Assembly: GCF_009914755.1 (NCBI RefSeq)
Contig: NC_060930.1
Strand: one strand, 5' to 3'
Length of the DNA: 64,000 bases
Source: the human T2T-CHM13v2.0 reference genome, Homo sapiens
Each line of letters opens with the position of its first letter. The first letter of the stretch is position 1. The notes below the pieces were generated by a model. That model ran no database searches. It saw only the letters and a list, made by a program, of their open reading frames with translations, and was not told where the DNA came from. This document shows positions 1 to 15,270 of the stretch, piece by piece. A program made the translations under genes and the position numbers.

Positions 1-524
1 GAGATGATCCTCCATGCCCTGGATGGGAGCATGCCTCCAGAGGAAAAGCTGAATAATATGAGTCTTACTTACTGTGGTTGCTTCTTCTAAATGTTGAATG
101 CCTTCCCGATTCTACCTCCTTTTGATCACTCTCCAATTATTTTAAACATTTGCTTTCTACGTTTTGTCCAGAATATACCACTGTAGTTGGTAGGAGGGTA
201 AGTCCCAAAGAAGGTACTGCACCACCACCAGAAGACTTTATGGCAAGCTGTTTTTCCATTAGTGGGAAGAATAGAATTTAAAAAGAGATTCAGGACTGCG
301 TAATTAGGATATCATCACTTCTGAAATGGCGAAAACTTTAGCTATAATTTCTTTAAGAAAATGAATATTACAATTAAGTTTACAAGAATAGTACTTAACT
401 ACCTGTGGGGAAAAGTTCTATAGGCTTCTGGTCATTTTGCATTTTTCTTTGTTTTAAAACACTTAATTCTTTGTGATAGATATTTCTAAGCATTTAACTG
501 CCATTGGATAAATAGATACTAATG

Positions 525-690
525 AGAACAGCTAACATTGGTTGAGCACTTATTATGTGCAAATACTGTTATAAAAGCTTTGATGTATTAACTCTTAATA
601 TTTCCAAAAGAGAGTTCACCCAGCTAGTAGCAGCTTTAGGGATCCCAGATCCCAGGGATCTGCGCGTAGCACCTGTCCATTTAGCCATTT
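525..690 (-). mobile_element. MIR fragment
   Basis: aacagctaacattggttgagcacttattatgtgc...cccagctagtag resembles the MIR core; highly diverged. Confidence 0.55.
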
Positions 691-1849
691 CGCTATCGGG
701 AATATCTCACCAGGATGAGAACTTGAGGACAGGTTGTTCACTCTTGACATCTGCTAGTTGACCCAGTCCTGAAATGGGCTAGGCATGCCCACCTTTCATG
801 TTTCTGGATAGATCTAGACAAGATTGGGTGACCTGAATTCCTTGAGAGGACAAATGAATCCGTTTCTGATGGAGCTACTTTATGAGCACACTAATGGATC
901 CGTTGGTTTTCTGTGTATGAAGGAAGAAGAAGCTGGAACACTTGTTAAGCTTCACAACTGAGATGTTCCAGGATTCTGCTGCCTTCTCTTTGGTCTTCTG
1001 GGAGGAACCATTTTTCACATGCGTCGTCCTTAACCGCTCAAGCAGCAACTGAAGCAGCTTTTCTAATTATTCCTGCCGAACATAACCAATTGACCCCTGA
1101 CAGTTGTCAGTTAGGCAGAACCTGTGCCCCTAATGAGAAGGCACAGCTAAATGCTGCTCTGATTATCCACTGGAAGCATTTTCATTAGATGCTAAACAGC
1201 CGTCTAATTTAGTTGTGACAGAAGAGGGAAAAAATGAATGGAATGTCTTGATGGGTCAGAATAATGCCAACTTGCAGACCTAAACATTCCCCCGGCAAAA
1301 TAAGATCTTACTGGAAATAGATATGTCAATATATTAACAGAGGTTACTTCTGGGTGGTTGCTCTATAGAACATTTTTATTTTCTTGTTTGTGCTTTTCTG
1401 TACTTTCTGTATTCTAAAAAAAAATACAAATTACTTTTGGATTATGATTTTTTTTTAAGATGAGGTATAGGGTAGATATATCCCTTGCTGTCCTCCTTTC
1501 AGTATACAGATGATGCTCAGAGTCTTCCCTCAGAAAGCCTTAAACCATCCCTAAAATCTAAATAATCCCTAAAATAAAAGTGTAAACTGACCCAGAATTG
1601 TAAATTTCTTCTAAAACGTGTCTAGCTTCTTAGTTTCTTATAAATATCGAGAACAGGATATATAATTTTCCATTTAAGCCCAGCGCATGATAGATATATA
1701 ATAAACATCTCTTGAATAAATGCATGAAAGAATAAGTGAATGAGTGGATGAAAGAAGAAATAATATATTTAATCAGGAGTTTTTCAATTACAAGTTTCTG
1801 AAAATCTAACATAAAGGCAACATTATCAGTTACTATACCTATTAGGATA

Positions 1850-2225
1850 AAGGTCAAGCTGGACTCAGGTGTATTTTCCTTATGTTATAGCTGTCTATGA
1901 ATTGGCTTCAAATCCTCTCTGGCTTCTTTACAGGCTTGTCACACAGATGTAACTCTAGACAGTTCTGGGGTTACATTCTTAGAGCTTTCAATGCAAAGTA
2001 AGAGAAGAGCTTTGCTTCACTCCCAATCTAGGAATCCCAGTAAGTCTTTACCTGAACTAGCATGAGTCATAAGCCCACCCCGGTAGCTAACTTGGGAGGG
2101 CACTGTGACTCTGAGAGTCCCTCCAAACCCATGGAGCTGGAAAGAATCCCTTAGAGGATAAAAGTGGAAGTGCAGTTACCAGAAGTAAGCGGGGAGGCAG
2201 TTTGGGCAGAGAAAACTAACAAATC
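1850..2225 (-). mobile_element. Old MaLR LTR fragment (MLT1J/K-like)
   Basis: gtcataagcccaccc...gcagttaccagaag...gggcagagaaaac motifs typical of old MLT1. Confidence 0.45.
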
Positions 2226-2546
2226 CTCTAGAGAGAAACATTGTGAACAAAAATTATAACACTTATCACAACTGCAATTATTATATGCAGGTCCCATATA
2301 AGCCCTTCACACCCATTTTCTCAAAGCCATTCCACAATCCTCAGGCACTAAGGATCTGGGACATTAAGTGAGTGAACTGAGGCCAGAATAAATGCCGGAC
2401 AATGAAGAGCTTAATGTTATCTAATAGTAGAGGTTAATAGAATCTAATGAAAATGTTTTCAGCTTCTTCATGTCTGCTGATAACATGCTTGCTTTCTTTT
2501 TCAAAAAAAGAAAAAAAAACACATCTCTGAGCAAAATTTAGTGCTA

Positions 2547-3190
<644 letters not shown>

Positions 3191-4705
3191 TCCATTAAAG
3201 GGTTTAGAGTCAATAGAGGCTCTTAATTTTCTTACTGATCCCTTTGCATCCCTAGGAGCTTTTTGAGATCTTCTCACAGTACTTGTTTGGTTTTGTTTTT
3301 GTTTTTATCCCAGATCCACATCAAAGTGGAAATATAGTTATTGTTCTCATTATAGAGGATGCATTCATCCCTCAATTCACAGCTGCCTTGAGATATTGGG
3401 GAAATCATTTCACGGGTCTTGGTTTCTGAAGAATTGAGTGTCCTTACAAATATCAACTAATTGACTCTTTTGTATTCCACAGTGTTGCACTCTCCAGCTG
3501 AGACTGATGCTCAGTGAAAGCAAGATGAAAAGATTCCTTGTGGCAAGGACACTGTAAGTCTCAGCAGCTGAGCCAGGGCTTTCACCGCATCAAAGAAATG
3601 AGATGGCCATTAGATAACTTGTTCTGTTATGTCAAAAACCCCAAACCCAGAGTAAAATAAAATAAAATACAGGCTTAAACCTACAACAAATTTCAAAGCT
3701 GGCAGATTGAACTTAAACTTTGCATAGTTCAAGTTAATCATGTGACAATATTGATGTCTAAATAATAAAACTGATTATTTATTTGTCTGGATTTGCTTTT
3801 CAGTTACTTATTAAGAAGATAAAGGTCAGCACTTTCTTCTGCCTTGCCTTCCTAGGTTAGCTGAGAGTCCTCTGAGAGCAGAGATTCAGAAGAGGAAATG
3901 AACAGATGTAATGAACCAATTCATATTTTTCCTGTGTGCTGGCAGCTTTTTCAGGTTCTCAATTTTTAATAATAAAGAGCATATGCAGTTAACAACATCA
4001 AGATGTGCCTAGAAATCAGAGACAGTGGTGATAAAGTTGAAAACACTCCCATCAGAGAGCAAATAACTTGCTCCAACATTTATTTAGGTATAAGGTTTAT
4101 TTGTCCACTGGTCTTATGTTTAATGGGTTGATTTCCTTATGATCCAAATATTTGAAACATGATCATCTTTACTACCTATTTTATCACTCTATGAAATTGC
4201 GCTTTATTGGCTTTCAAGAAAAGAGACTAGTACTGATATGAAAGGGACCACCCACGGATGCAACAGCCATGAAAAAGATATATTTGCATTTTGAAAAAGA
4301 AAATATTTAAATTCCCTTGTTTTGAATCCTTTCTCCCCTGGAGATGAATATTCATGCTTGATAAATATTCACTCAAGGCCTTTTTGACATTTGACCTGTG
4401 TGAAGTTTGTAAAAACACAACCTGGAAGTTAAAAATCTCTTCCATGACTGAAAAGTCTTTGCTGATGGTTCTCAAAATATCCACAAATACACTTTTAAAA
4501 CTTTTTACTCTTTTCACATTTTTTTTTCTTTTTTTGCTCTTTAACTTGACCTGGTTACCCACTTTGTCCCATGCCTGACACATGGAGTTTGTTCAAATCC
4601 CAAATGCTCCTGGTGCTAAACTGCAGGCCTAGATGGAGGTGAAATGAAGAAAACTTCCAGTGTTGGTGAAGTTTACATTCTAAGACTGGATTAGCTTAGA
4701 TTTTT

Positions 4706-4990
4706 ATTTTTAGTATTTAGTTTTAAGATATGCAGTCTCGCTCTCTCACCCAGGCTGGAGTGCAGTGGCACAATTACAATTCACTGCAGCCTCGAACTCT
4801 TGGTCTCAAATGATCCTTCCATATCAATCCCCTAAGTAGCTGGGACTACAAGCATGCATTATTGTGACAGGCTTTGTGTGTGTGTGTGTATGGGGTCACT
4901 GTTGTCCAGGCTGGTCTTGAACTCCTGGCCTTAAGCAATCCTCTCACTTCATCCTCCCAAAGCGCTGGGATTACAGGCATGAGCCACAAC
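4706..4990 (-). mobile_element. AluJ with (TG)n in the linker
   Basis: Antisense Alu sequence; (TG)n near 4875-4888. Confidence 0.9.
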
Positions 4991-5010
4991 TGGATGAGAG
5001 CTTAGTTTTT

Positions 5011-5324
<314 letters not shown>

Positions 5325-5470
5325 TAGTTTTTAAAGAAACTACACTGCTTACAATAGTAGTCAAGATAATTTTCTGGGAGGGGTCAGTATAATTTAGCAT
5401 TCATAACCATAACCTATAACTATGTAAAAATATTCCAATGATAACATTTTAGATTTAAAAAGTTTTAAAT

Positions 5471-5770
5471 AGCCAGGCATGGTGGCTCATGCCGGAAATG
5501 CTAGTACTTTGAGAAACCAAAATGGAAGAATCACTTGAGATCAGGAGTTTGAGACCAGCCTGGGCAACATAAAGCAAGACCTGCATTTCTCCAAAAAAAA
5601 ATAAAAATAAATCAGCCAGGCTTGGTGCATGCATCTGTAGTCCTAGCTGCTCAGGAGGCTGAGGTGGAAGCATCACTGGAGCCCAGGAGTTTGAGGTTGC
5701 AGTGAGTTGTGATTGCATTATTGCACTCTAGTCTGAGCAACAGAACTTAGGCTTTAAGACCTGTCTTAAA
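5471..5770 (+). mobile_element. AluJ
   Basis: Diverged two-arm Alu sequence. Confidence 0.9.
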
Positions 5771-6462
5771 GAACCGTATTCTTTTAAGTTGTAAGTTTAG
5801 GTGTTGAATCATGTTTGAATTTTTATACATTTAAAACTGTTTTTTTTTTTTTTTTTTACTGTACTATTTCTTTCAAACATTAAAACTCATGACTTAGGCT
5901 TCTGATGGGCTAAAAATATATCCTAACTAATGTTTAGCCATGAATTCCACCACATCAGCTTATATGAATAGTGCCTCTTCACCCCAAATCCAAGCACGGG
6001 AAATTTGCAATTCCCTCAAAGGATTGTAAATGAGCCCAGTGTCAAGCTGCCAAAGTAAATTAACAAGATTAAATTTTGTGATACTATCTATCAGAAATTT
6101 AAATGACTAGTAATTAAAAGAGTCCTTGCTCTCTTGTGACACATGCAGCGTGACGAAAGAGTCCTAATATGTTACCTCTCTGCTTCTGCCTGTTTTATTA
6201 TATCTGACTGGGCACCAGGTGGCTTATTCTGTAGGGTGTCTTATAGTTCATGAAATTCTAAAAGTGAAACAGAAATACAACACAATAAATATTTTATGGT
6301 ATGGGTGAATATATGCTCCTCAAAGGTCTCCTGCACCCTTGAGTTTTATCACAGCATTTTCTATAATCAGATAACTTGTTATGATTATAGAACATATTTT
6401 TAATACACATGAGGAAGTGACTCCCCATAATTCATCACCCTGAGATAATCACTATTAATCAT

Positions 6463-6463
<1 letters not shown>

Positions 6464-6496
<33 letters not shown>
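6464..6496. repeat. (GT)n microsatellite
   Basis: Direct reading. Confidence 0.95.
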
Positions 6497-6498
<2 letters not shown>

Positions 6499-7714
6499 TT
6501 AGGTCCAGACGTTTTGCTATTTATTCTGAAATAATTGTAACCATATGACATAAAACAAAAAATTGCATAAATTGATTTTAAAACATCTTTTTCTGATTAT
6601 AAAAGTAATATAGTGACATTATTGAACATTTGGAAAATAAAGAAGATGAAAATAATTGAGGGTCCCACCCAGAGATAATCACTATTTAATATTTTCATAA
6701 TTTTAAATATGACCTTTTTTCTTTGCATATTTTATATATTTAGAAGTACACAATAGGTAATAATTTTTTGGCATAATGAGCAGAGAAATAGTGTAAAACT
6801 TTGGTGGAAGATGCTGTGCAGAGAGGCTAGTAGCAGGTAATATATTCACTTATTTATCTTTTTTCCTTAGAAAAAAGTAAATTATTCAGGTCATTAAAAA
6901 TGAATTCTAAGGAAATAGAAAATGTTTGCAGATTACTTGGCAATAAGAATGGTTTCCACTATTTTTCCAGGAAACTCTGTTATGTGTATTGAGGGGTGAG
7001 GAGACAGAGCTTGGAGAAAAGAAACTTCTGGTTTTGTTGCTTTTCCTAAGTTCAGTGTCGTAACTGCATTTAGCTACTGTTAGCAAGAACTGGAACCCAG
7101 CCTCATCAAGTAATGTTTTAAACAATCATCAGATATAGTGAGGGATTCCCCCTGAACTCTGGGGTGAAGGATGGCACTCAAGAAACACATTTTCTGGAAC
7201 TGTTGTGGGAAACGCAGAAGCAGAAGAGAAACAGTTGAGAGAGCCCAATTCTATGAAGGTTTGTCCCAGACTATTCAATATTCAATGACACCACCTATGC
7301 AATTTTATTTCTACATTTGGAATTCAAACTAAGTAATTTAAGTTCAAGAGCCTCTTTATAAAGTTGGACTATTGCTGAATTTTTTTTTAACGTAATTCAT
7401 CTTGGCTGGAGTAATCCTTTAAGTAATTTTTCCAAGAAAGGTACACATGTAGGCTCTCTGGGCATTTTCATACCTGAGGACGACTTTGCAGACATTCTCA
7501 GTTCATGATCTTTTTGTTGTAAATTCTGTAGACATTGCTCCACAGCTTTTTGCTAATTGGTATTGCTGGAGAAATATCTTAAGTCAGTAATTTTTGTATT
7601 TCTGTAAACAATGAATTATTTCTGCTTGATCTCATAGGTTTTTTTCCCCTTTATTTTTCTGTCTTCATCCATTAACTGTCATTGGATTCTGATATTGAAA
7701 CTAAAGAACTGAAT

Positions 7715-8757
7715 TGACAAAGGATTCTTTGGGGTGCCACTTTGCCAGCCAGAAATTTCCATGGTCGGCAGTGCTCCTTCCAGAGCTTCACTCGGCTCCA
7801 GGCTCACCGCTGGACTTGCTCTGCCCACTCAGCCTGGCAGGTTGCTCTTGGCTCCTGCTACCAGCCCAGATCTCACACCCACCAAGGGCAAGCCAGGTGC
7901 TCTGGCTGCTGCAGCATGACGGGCAGCTACAGGTCCCATAACAGGTGCCAGCTCCATGCGAGACTGTGGCTGGACCAAGCATACTGCAAGCAGCTTCCAG
8001 CCTGGGCACCAGCATCTGGATGAGGGGAATACGGTGGCATCTGAAAATCTCAGAGATGCCAGCAACCACAGAGATGCAAAGGGGGTGTTATGCATGTCAC
8101 AGCTCTGGCTCAGGGAGTCCCAAGTTCTGGGCCCCAGAAGGGTTGCAGCTTGTTCATGTCACAGTTCATTCTTTCCCACCATCCACACACTTCAGCAAAC
8201 AGGGGCATGTCCCAGCTCCTTCGGTCTCACTGCCCCATCTCGGCCCACAGCTCCTGGGCAGGCCCAGTCCCACTGCCACTTCCCATCATGTGGGGTACAC
8301 ACCCCCTGCTGGCAGTGGACAGGAGTACTACAGGGTTACAGCTCCTTTCACACCCACTGTTCAGCAGTCCCAGGTTCTTGTCCCGTGTCCAAGAAGAATG
8401 AGGTTACATGGATGACTGAAGAGTGAGTGAGGCAGAGAAGAGTTTTATTGAACAACAGAATAACTCTCAGCAGAGAATGGACCCAATGTGGGTAGCCCCT
8501 ACCCAAGGCAGGTAGTGCCAATGTGTGGCTGAGTCCAGGGTTTTTATGGGCTCAGAATAGGGGAGTGTGTTTGACTGGTCCCTGGGTGAGCCTAGAAAAA
8601 GCACCATTTGATTGGCTAAAAGGCATCAAGGAAGTTCTTACTCCAGTCAGAGGCTTTACCCGGAACTGGCAGCTTGATTTTCAGGCTTTAGTTTGTCTTT
8701 AGTTTGAAGGTTGGGTTTCACTGGGGATCAGCCTCTGTTTCCCTCTTGCTGCTATCA
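7715..8757 (-). mobile_element. ERV1 solo LTR, MER52 family
   Basis: TG...CA ends (tgacaaaggattctttggggtg ... gctgctatca), GC-rich body, minus-strand AATAAA (~8443) and CCAAT (~8611). Explains the ORF cluster at 7714-8426. Confidence 0.75.
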
Positions 8758-9351
8758 CCTTTAAATCCTAAGGTGATCATTTGGTATTTATATGCAACAA
8801 GAATACTACCCAATGGCATGTGATGCACCTGTGCTCTCATGACTAGGCATGACACCCTCACCAGCCCTCAGCTAAATGGGTTCGATATGCTGTTTCAAAG
8901 ACAAGTATTGCCATTCCAGTGGTGTCTGGCCATAGTGGGTTTTCTGAGCCACAGGAAGACCAAAGTTTAATTATTTTTCTAGAAAATGATGACAACCTTG
9001 GAGTGCTCTTTTTGACTGCAATGCTTCACCTCTTGATTGATGGAATTTATGCCAAGATTGAGAAGAATATTTTGCCATGAAATCCTAGCCAATCAGGGAG
9101 GGAAGAACATCTGACTTGGAATCTAACACCCTCTAAAATGAACTCCTGAATGTTACAAAGAAAAGCAACAGCTGAATGTATGTGGGAAAGGTTGGGGATC
9201 ACATAAAATTTGGTTTAATTATACAGCAATGGTTGAAATTTTTCCTCAGGATGTAGCACTCTCCTTTAATTGATTTAGCTTAGATCTCAGTAAACTCCTT
9301 TAAGGAATTTTATCAATTTCAAAAATATCTTTAATTTTGTGCCTTCACTCA

Positions 9352-9653
9352 TTTTTCTTTTGAGACAGGGTCTTATTCTGCCACCCAGGCTGGAGTGCAG
9401 TGGCACAATCATGGTTCACTGCAACTTTGATCTCCTGGGCTCAAGTGATCCTCTCACCTCAGCCCTTGAGTAGCTGGGACTACAGGCATGCAACACCACA
9501 CCAGGCTCATTTATATATATATATATTTTTTTGTAGATACAGGATCTCTGCCCTATATTGCCCAGGCTGGTCTCAAACTCCCAGGCTCAAGCGATCTGCC
9601 TGCCTTGGCCTCCCTAAGTGCTGGGATTAAAAGTGTGAACCACCGCACCTGCC
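9352..9653 (-). mobile_element. AluJ
   Basis: Antisense Alu with (AT)n in the linker. Confidence 0.9.
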
Positions 9654-10366
9654 TATTTACTGTTCTTAATACACTTACTTTCTTGTTTCTTTCTCAGAAA
9701 CACAAATATAATCCTTACAAAACACCTTGTCTCTATGTTCCAAATGACTATTATCCTCTAATGTTCAAAAACCTGTTTTTCCCTTTCTTTTGCAATCTGG
9801 GAGATCTTCTTAAGTTTGTTCTCCATATCACTGATTCACTTTTCTTCTGAGCTATGCTTTTTACTGACAAAAAGGTAAATTTTAGTTCTATTTTAATTTT
9901 ATTTTCTTGACATTCTTTACCACCCCAGCCAATTTTAAATGAAAATTCTTTTTTCATTTCATTCTAATTTTCCCTTAATCCCAGCTGGTTTTCTATGTCT
10001 GTTGGCTTCTCTTCCATATAGGCAGTGTATTTTTGCAATCTATTGAGGATACCAAACAATTCTGAAAATGTTTGGCTCATGCACTATATATTTTTTTAAG
10101 TTTACTCTTACTGTGAATCTTAAGGATAACAGTCCTAGGCAAGTTTTAAAATTTATCCTTGAAACAAGCAATCCATGTTGTGGACAAAGTCAACATGTAC
10201 ACCTTCCACCCAAATGTCTGGACCTTGGCATGCTCATCTTGTTCCAGGGTGACTCTGCAGTGCTGAGATGGGATATTTTACCCTGGCTCTAATTCCTTTC
10301 AACCTGATAATCTGAACAAATGAGATACAACAAAAAAGTATATAGTTGTAATAGTAGAGAAAAATA

Positions 10367-10702
10367 TAGTAATTCCTCAATATCCTTGAGGGATTTGTTA
10401 CAGAACCCCTCACAGATAGCAAAATTCTCAGATGCTCAAGTTCCTGATATAAAATGGCCATAGTATTTGTGTATAACCTATGTATATCCTCCCATATACT
10501 TTCAATCTCTCTGGATTACATATAATACCTAGTGCAAAGTAAATACTATGTAAATAGTAGTTTTGTATTATTTAGGGAAAAATGACAAGGAGAAAAATCT
10601 GCACATTTCACTACAGACACAAATGTCCTTTTTTTAAAAAAAAATCAATTCGCAGTTGGTTGAATTCATAGATGCAAAACCCATGGACACAAAGGCTGAC
10701 TG
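10367..10702. mobile_element. MER2 (TcMar-Tigger) DNA transposon
   Basis: gatgctcaagttcctgatataaaatgg...gttggttgaattcatagatgcaaaacccatggacac matches the MER2 body and TIR. Confidence 0.8.
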
Positions 10703-12955
10703 TGCTTACACCAAGCTTTTTGTTTCTGTCAGAATCTACAAAATAGTGGGAAATCCCCCCTCCCTCGTGTCAACTCATCTCCTCCTACTTTTACCCTAGT
10801 GCATTAAGGAGGTGTAATTTCTGAATGGATGCAGAACAGAGGGTGGGGGTCACAGGCGTGGCAGCCTCCTTCATTAGAGGTTACCATCTAGACATCAAGG
10901 AAGTATTGCTCACTTCAGAATTAATGGATCAATAAAAGTACTGAAACTCTTTTCCTATCCATTCAGGTGTCTTTTCTAGTAGTCCTTCTAATACTAAAAA
11001 TTGAATATTTACAGCATTAAACACAGATAAATACCATAAATGAAATCCGATTTATAGTTGTCACTTTGGCTACTGAGTCTCTGAGTGGTCTTATTTTTTC
11101 TGTGTTGCATCTTTTGGGTGATAATACAGTGTAAAGACAATCTGTAACAATTACTCAATGATGTGAAACAAGATTCATTGCTAATATGTTCATGTTGCAT
11201 TTCTAGACATTGTGCAATGGCATAATTCTTCACTTGCTAAGGCCACAACTTGATGCTCAAGGTCACAGTGTAAAATACTTTAACTTCATGGAAATTACAG
11301 TTTGTAAAGGATGTTAAGCAAGAAAAATCTTACCCATGTTTCACAGGGATTATAAGCACTGCTGGTAATTCTTAATGTGTCGTAGAACCAGTATTTGAAT
11401 CCAACGCTGCAGGGAATCTCGGAAAGCTGAAGACAAAAAGATAACACTTTAAGTGTAGATTTCTTACTGCTTCTGTTGATGCTTATATTGAGTGTGATGT
11501 GGTTACAGTTTAATTGTAATGACTGTGACTCTAACTATAATAATTGATCAACTGTAGTGTTTGTTCAAGCCAGTTTTCAATTCTCTTCCTGAAAAATTCA
11601 TCTTTTAAAGTTTCTACATTGATTTTTAGCTTCTCAAAGAATTTTTAAAAAATATTCCTTTCAGCTATTTGAAGTACATTAAAAATATATTTTCCATACT
11701 TTTAGAAAAGACCTAAGCCATTCTGAGTTCAGAGAAGAACACATGTTTACATTAGAAGTTAAGGAAAACTGATCTGCATTAACCTTGGGAGTAGTCAATG
11801 TACTTAAGTGGAATCCATAACAGTAGCTTATCCTTTTGTGTATTTTCAATCATGAATGCATGGTTTTACCATTGGTTTACAAATCTAGGTTTGCATGTGT
11901 CTTCAACCTGTTGTGCCAATTAATGGAAGGAATGTGGACAAAAAGAAAATAAATAATAATCTCCCACTGTCCCATCCCTGCTGTCATACTCAAGGGCTGT
12001 GCCTATTCTTGTTCCCCTACTATCTGCATGCTTCTTCAAGGAACTGGGGAATAGTAGATTGGCAGAAAGGTCCTAGGTGAATGGATGTATACCCTGACAG
12101 GCTGGCTTGTGATTATGCCTATAATTGTATTCTTGCCCTCCATGGCTGTCATCTCTGGAGTCCTGTTATCTATTGTTTGCATTATTATATAACTCTTCGG
12201 TATATTAAAATTTTGCCTTTTCAACTAAATTTTCAGTCCTGAGTGTCAGCGGCAGAACCTATGAAACTCTTTTGTATATCTCTCATATATTAGGTGTTCA
12301 ATAAACATTTGTTGAGTCAAGCAGAAGCGCATGCAACTGACAACATATAAAAATGTTCCTACACACTCAGGGAATCAAGGTATTCAAATTCTTTTTATGT
12401 TCTGGCTAAAAGCATAAATGAAGGAATTATTTTTGTTTTAAGCCTCATTAACTTTCTTGATTTAGTAATATATCTGAAGGTTCTTAATGAAGAAGAAAAT
12501 GTATGTTAAGATGTCAATCAGAATACAAAATTACATATACTATATAATTTCAACTAGTATCAGGAAAAGGTTAGAAATACTTATCTCTGGGTGATTAAAT
12601 GATTTCTTTCCTCTGCTTTTGGCTTTTCTGGATTTTTGACATTTTTGGCCCTCAGAATATTTACTTTTGTAATCAGAAAAATATTTAAGAAAAAAAATTT
12701 GTAGTCCTTGTATGTGTGTGCATATATATGTGTATGTGAGAGAGAGAAAGAATGAGATTTTTCTCTTTAAAGTAAAATAAGAGAACAACAGTAACAGGCT
12801 CTAAATAAAGTTGGGTTGTGATGAATCGTTATTTTACTGAAACATGTAGAGTAACCTGATATAATAAAAGTCATTTTATTTAACATTTTATTAACCAGAT
12901 CTCTAGCTCCATATTTATCTCTATTCTGTGTAACATATCTTCTCAATCTCTCACT

Positions 12956-13246
12956 GTTTTTTTTTTTTTTTTTTTAGATCTCTGTCACTTAGGCTGAAGT
13001 GCATGGCACAATCTCTGCTCACTGCAACCTCCACTTCCCAGGCTCAAAGGATTCTATAGCCTCAGCCTCCTGAGTAGCTGGGACCACAGGCATGGGCCAC
13101 CAATGCCTGGCTAATTTTTATGTTTTTGTAGAGACTGGGTTTCGCCGGGTTGCCTAGACTGGTTTCAAACTTCTGAGCTCAAGGCAATCTGTCCGCCTCT
13201 GCTTCCCAAAGTGCTTGGATTACAGGCATGAGCTACTGCACCCAAC
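12956..13246 (-). mobile_element. AluJ
   Basis: Poly-T followed by antisense Alu; flanking direct repeat ttctcaatctct. Confidence 0.9.
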
Positions 13247-13854
13247 TTCTCAATCTCTATTTTAATATACAGCAAGCTCCAACTTATATGATAAATGAAG
13301 ATATGTTCTAGTGAGTCAAATATCAGAGTTAAAGGAGATCATAGCTATTTCCAATGGATAGAATGCTAGAAAAAATATTTTTATTGTTCATATTCATATA
13401 AATGAGCAATCACTCAGAAAAATTAAACATCTGTATATAAATACACATCACTATTTAGCCTCTTCCTCCTCTCCCCTTCGAAAGCATAGTAAGACATTTG
13501 AGGAATTATAAAGTGATCAAGCTGAAAAATAATGGCAACAAAGCCAATCGGAGCACTCAACTCCAACCATGATGGGTTTGAGGGAAAAGAGCTAACTATA
13601 ACCCAGTCTCTGCCCGGAAGGCTCTTCAGTCTAGTGGAGAGACAGGTACATGGAAATAGTTACACATGTGCTCATTGCCCTAGCCAAGAGTGGAACTTTT
13701 CAGCCAAGAACCATCATCCGGCCTCCTTTTCTATTTGTGCACAGTCACTTGTATTTGAAATCCTCTTTGGCCTTCAGGAGCTCTCATGGATGAGTGATAC
13801 ATATTTAATAAGTACTTTGAAAGCTCTTAATCTCCATCCAGTTTTATGTAAAGG

Positions 13855-14040
13855 TCCAGTCCTTGGAGTGGAGGTTAGGCTTGAATCCTAGCCCTGCCTC
13901 TTATGGCCCTCAGAGTTTGGTTAAGTTGCAGAACCTGTTTAAGCCTGTGGTGTCATCTGTAAGGGGCTGCAGCAGAGATCAGTGGAGATTACACAGGAAG
14001 GCCCTGGCACAGACCAGGCCAAGGCTTGGTACTACAGAAG
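13855..14040 (+). mobile_element. MIR
   Basis: ggcttgaatcctagccctgcc...tcatctgtaagggg. Confidence 0.6.
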
Positions 14041-14784
14041 TGTGGTTGTCAGGGACTTGGTCACAACTCAAGGCTGAAGAAAATATTTTTTAATTTTCTA
14101 TAACTCAATTTCTGGCCCTAGGCCCCCATTTCACTGGGGCATCCCTAGGTTATGCTGATCTTTCTGTATTTTTACACATGACTAAAAGGATGGTGGTGGT
14201 TCCCACATGTCACTGCCCTTGTCTGCTTGGCCCTCTTGGCTCTGGAGGCTCTCTGAGCTTCCTCTGCCACCCACGGCTGTGGGGATCTTCTGGGAGGCAA
14301 CCCAGGTCCCTCTTACAGATAAACTGCATAACCATACCTCTCCAGCATCTCATGGGAGACCCAACTAGGTGATGGGTTAGAAAGTTTGGTGCCGGTTCCC
14401 AGGTCTCTCATGCCCTCTAGAAGCTTCCTTTCTTTTTTTTCCCCTCCTGTATTCACCTGCCAAATATGTTGGTTGTTTCCACAAATAACCCACCCTTCTT
14501 AGTGTCTACGAAAATACTCAGTGTTTTTCTAAGTGATTAGGCTTTTGTAAAGCAAAAGCCAGGAACACTTGTAAGCCAGTACTGTTTTCCCCTCAGCCAC
14601 ATAAATCCCTAGAGGCAACAGTCTTATTATCTACTTCCTAAAAAAGAAAACGAAAAGAGAAATGGAAAAATATAAGAGAACCACAAAAACAAATTAATGT
14701 CTTAAACGATTATGTAGCCACAGTAGATTTGGTAAAAAGCATCAGAAGAGAAATAATAATTAACATTCCACATAGTTCTGCCGT

Positions 14785-15270
14785 TGTGGTTTTTAAAAAT
14801 AGGTCTACAATTCTTTGATATTCTTACTTTCTAGAGGTGGAACTTAATTTCCCTCCCCTCAAGTATACGGTGGCCTTAATGACCAGCATGTAATGAATAG
14901 AAAATTGCAGAAATGATGAAATGTCACTGAAGTGAGGTTATGAAAAGACGGAGGCTTCTGTCTTGGGTGGTCTTGGCTAGCTCTCTCTCACACTGTCTCT
15001 CTTTCTCTCTTTCTCTCTCTCTCTCTCATACTCTCTCTTCCTTGGATTATTTGCTCTGGGGGAAGCCAGCTGCCATGTTTCAAGCTGGCCTGTGGAGAAG
15101 CCCACTGGAGAGGAACAGAGGGAGGCCTCTGGCCAACAGCTTCTGAGGAACTGAGGTCTGTCAACAACTACATGAGTGAGTTTGGAAGTGGATTCTTCAG
15201 CCCCAGTTGAGATATGAGATGATCGCAGCCCTATTTGACAAAAATCTCACAAGAGACCACCCAGCTACAT
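14785..15270 (+). mobile_element. MaLR LTR (MLT1F-like) with (CT)n
   Basis: gaggtggaacttaatttccctcccct...gggaagccagctgccatg...gaggaactgagg. Confidence 0.7.

Noticed and set aside
7714-8426. Overlapping 60-156-aa ORFs
   Set aside because: All lie inside a GC-rich MER52-type LTR; no recognisable domain.
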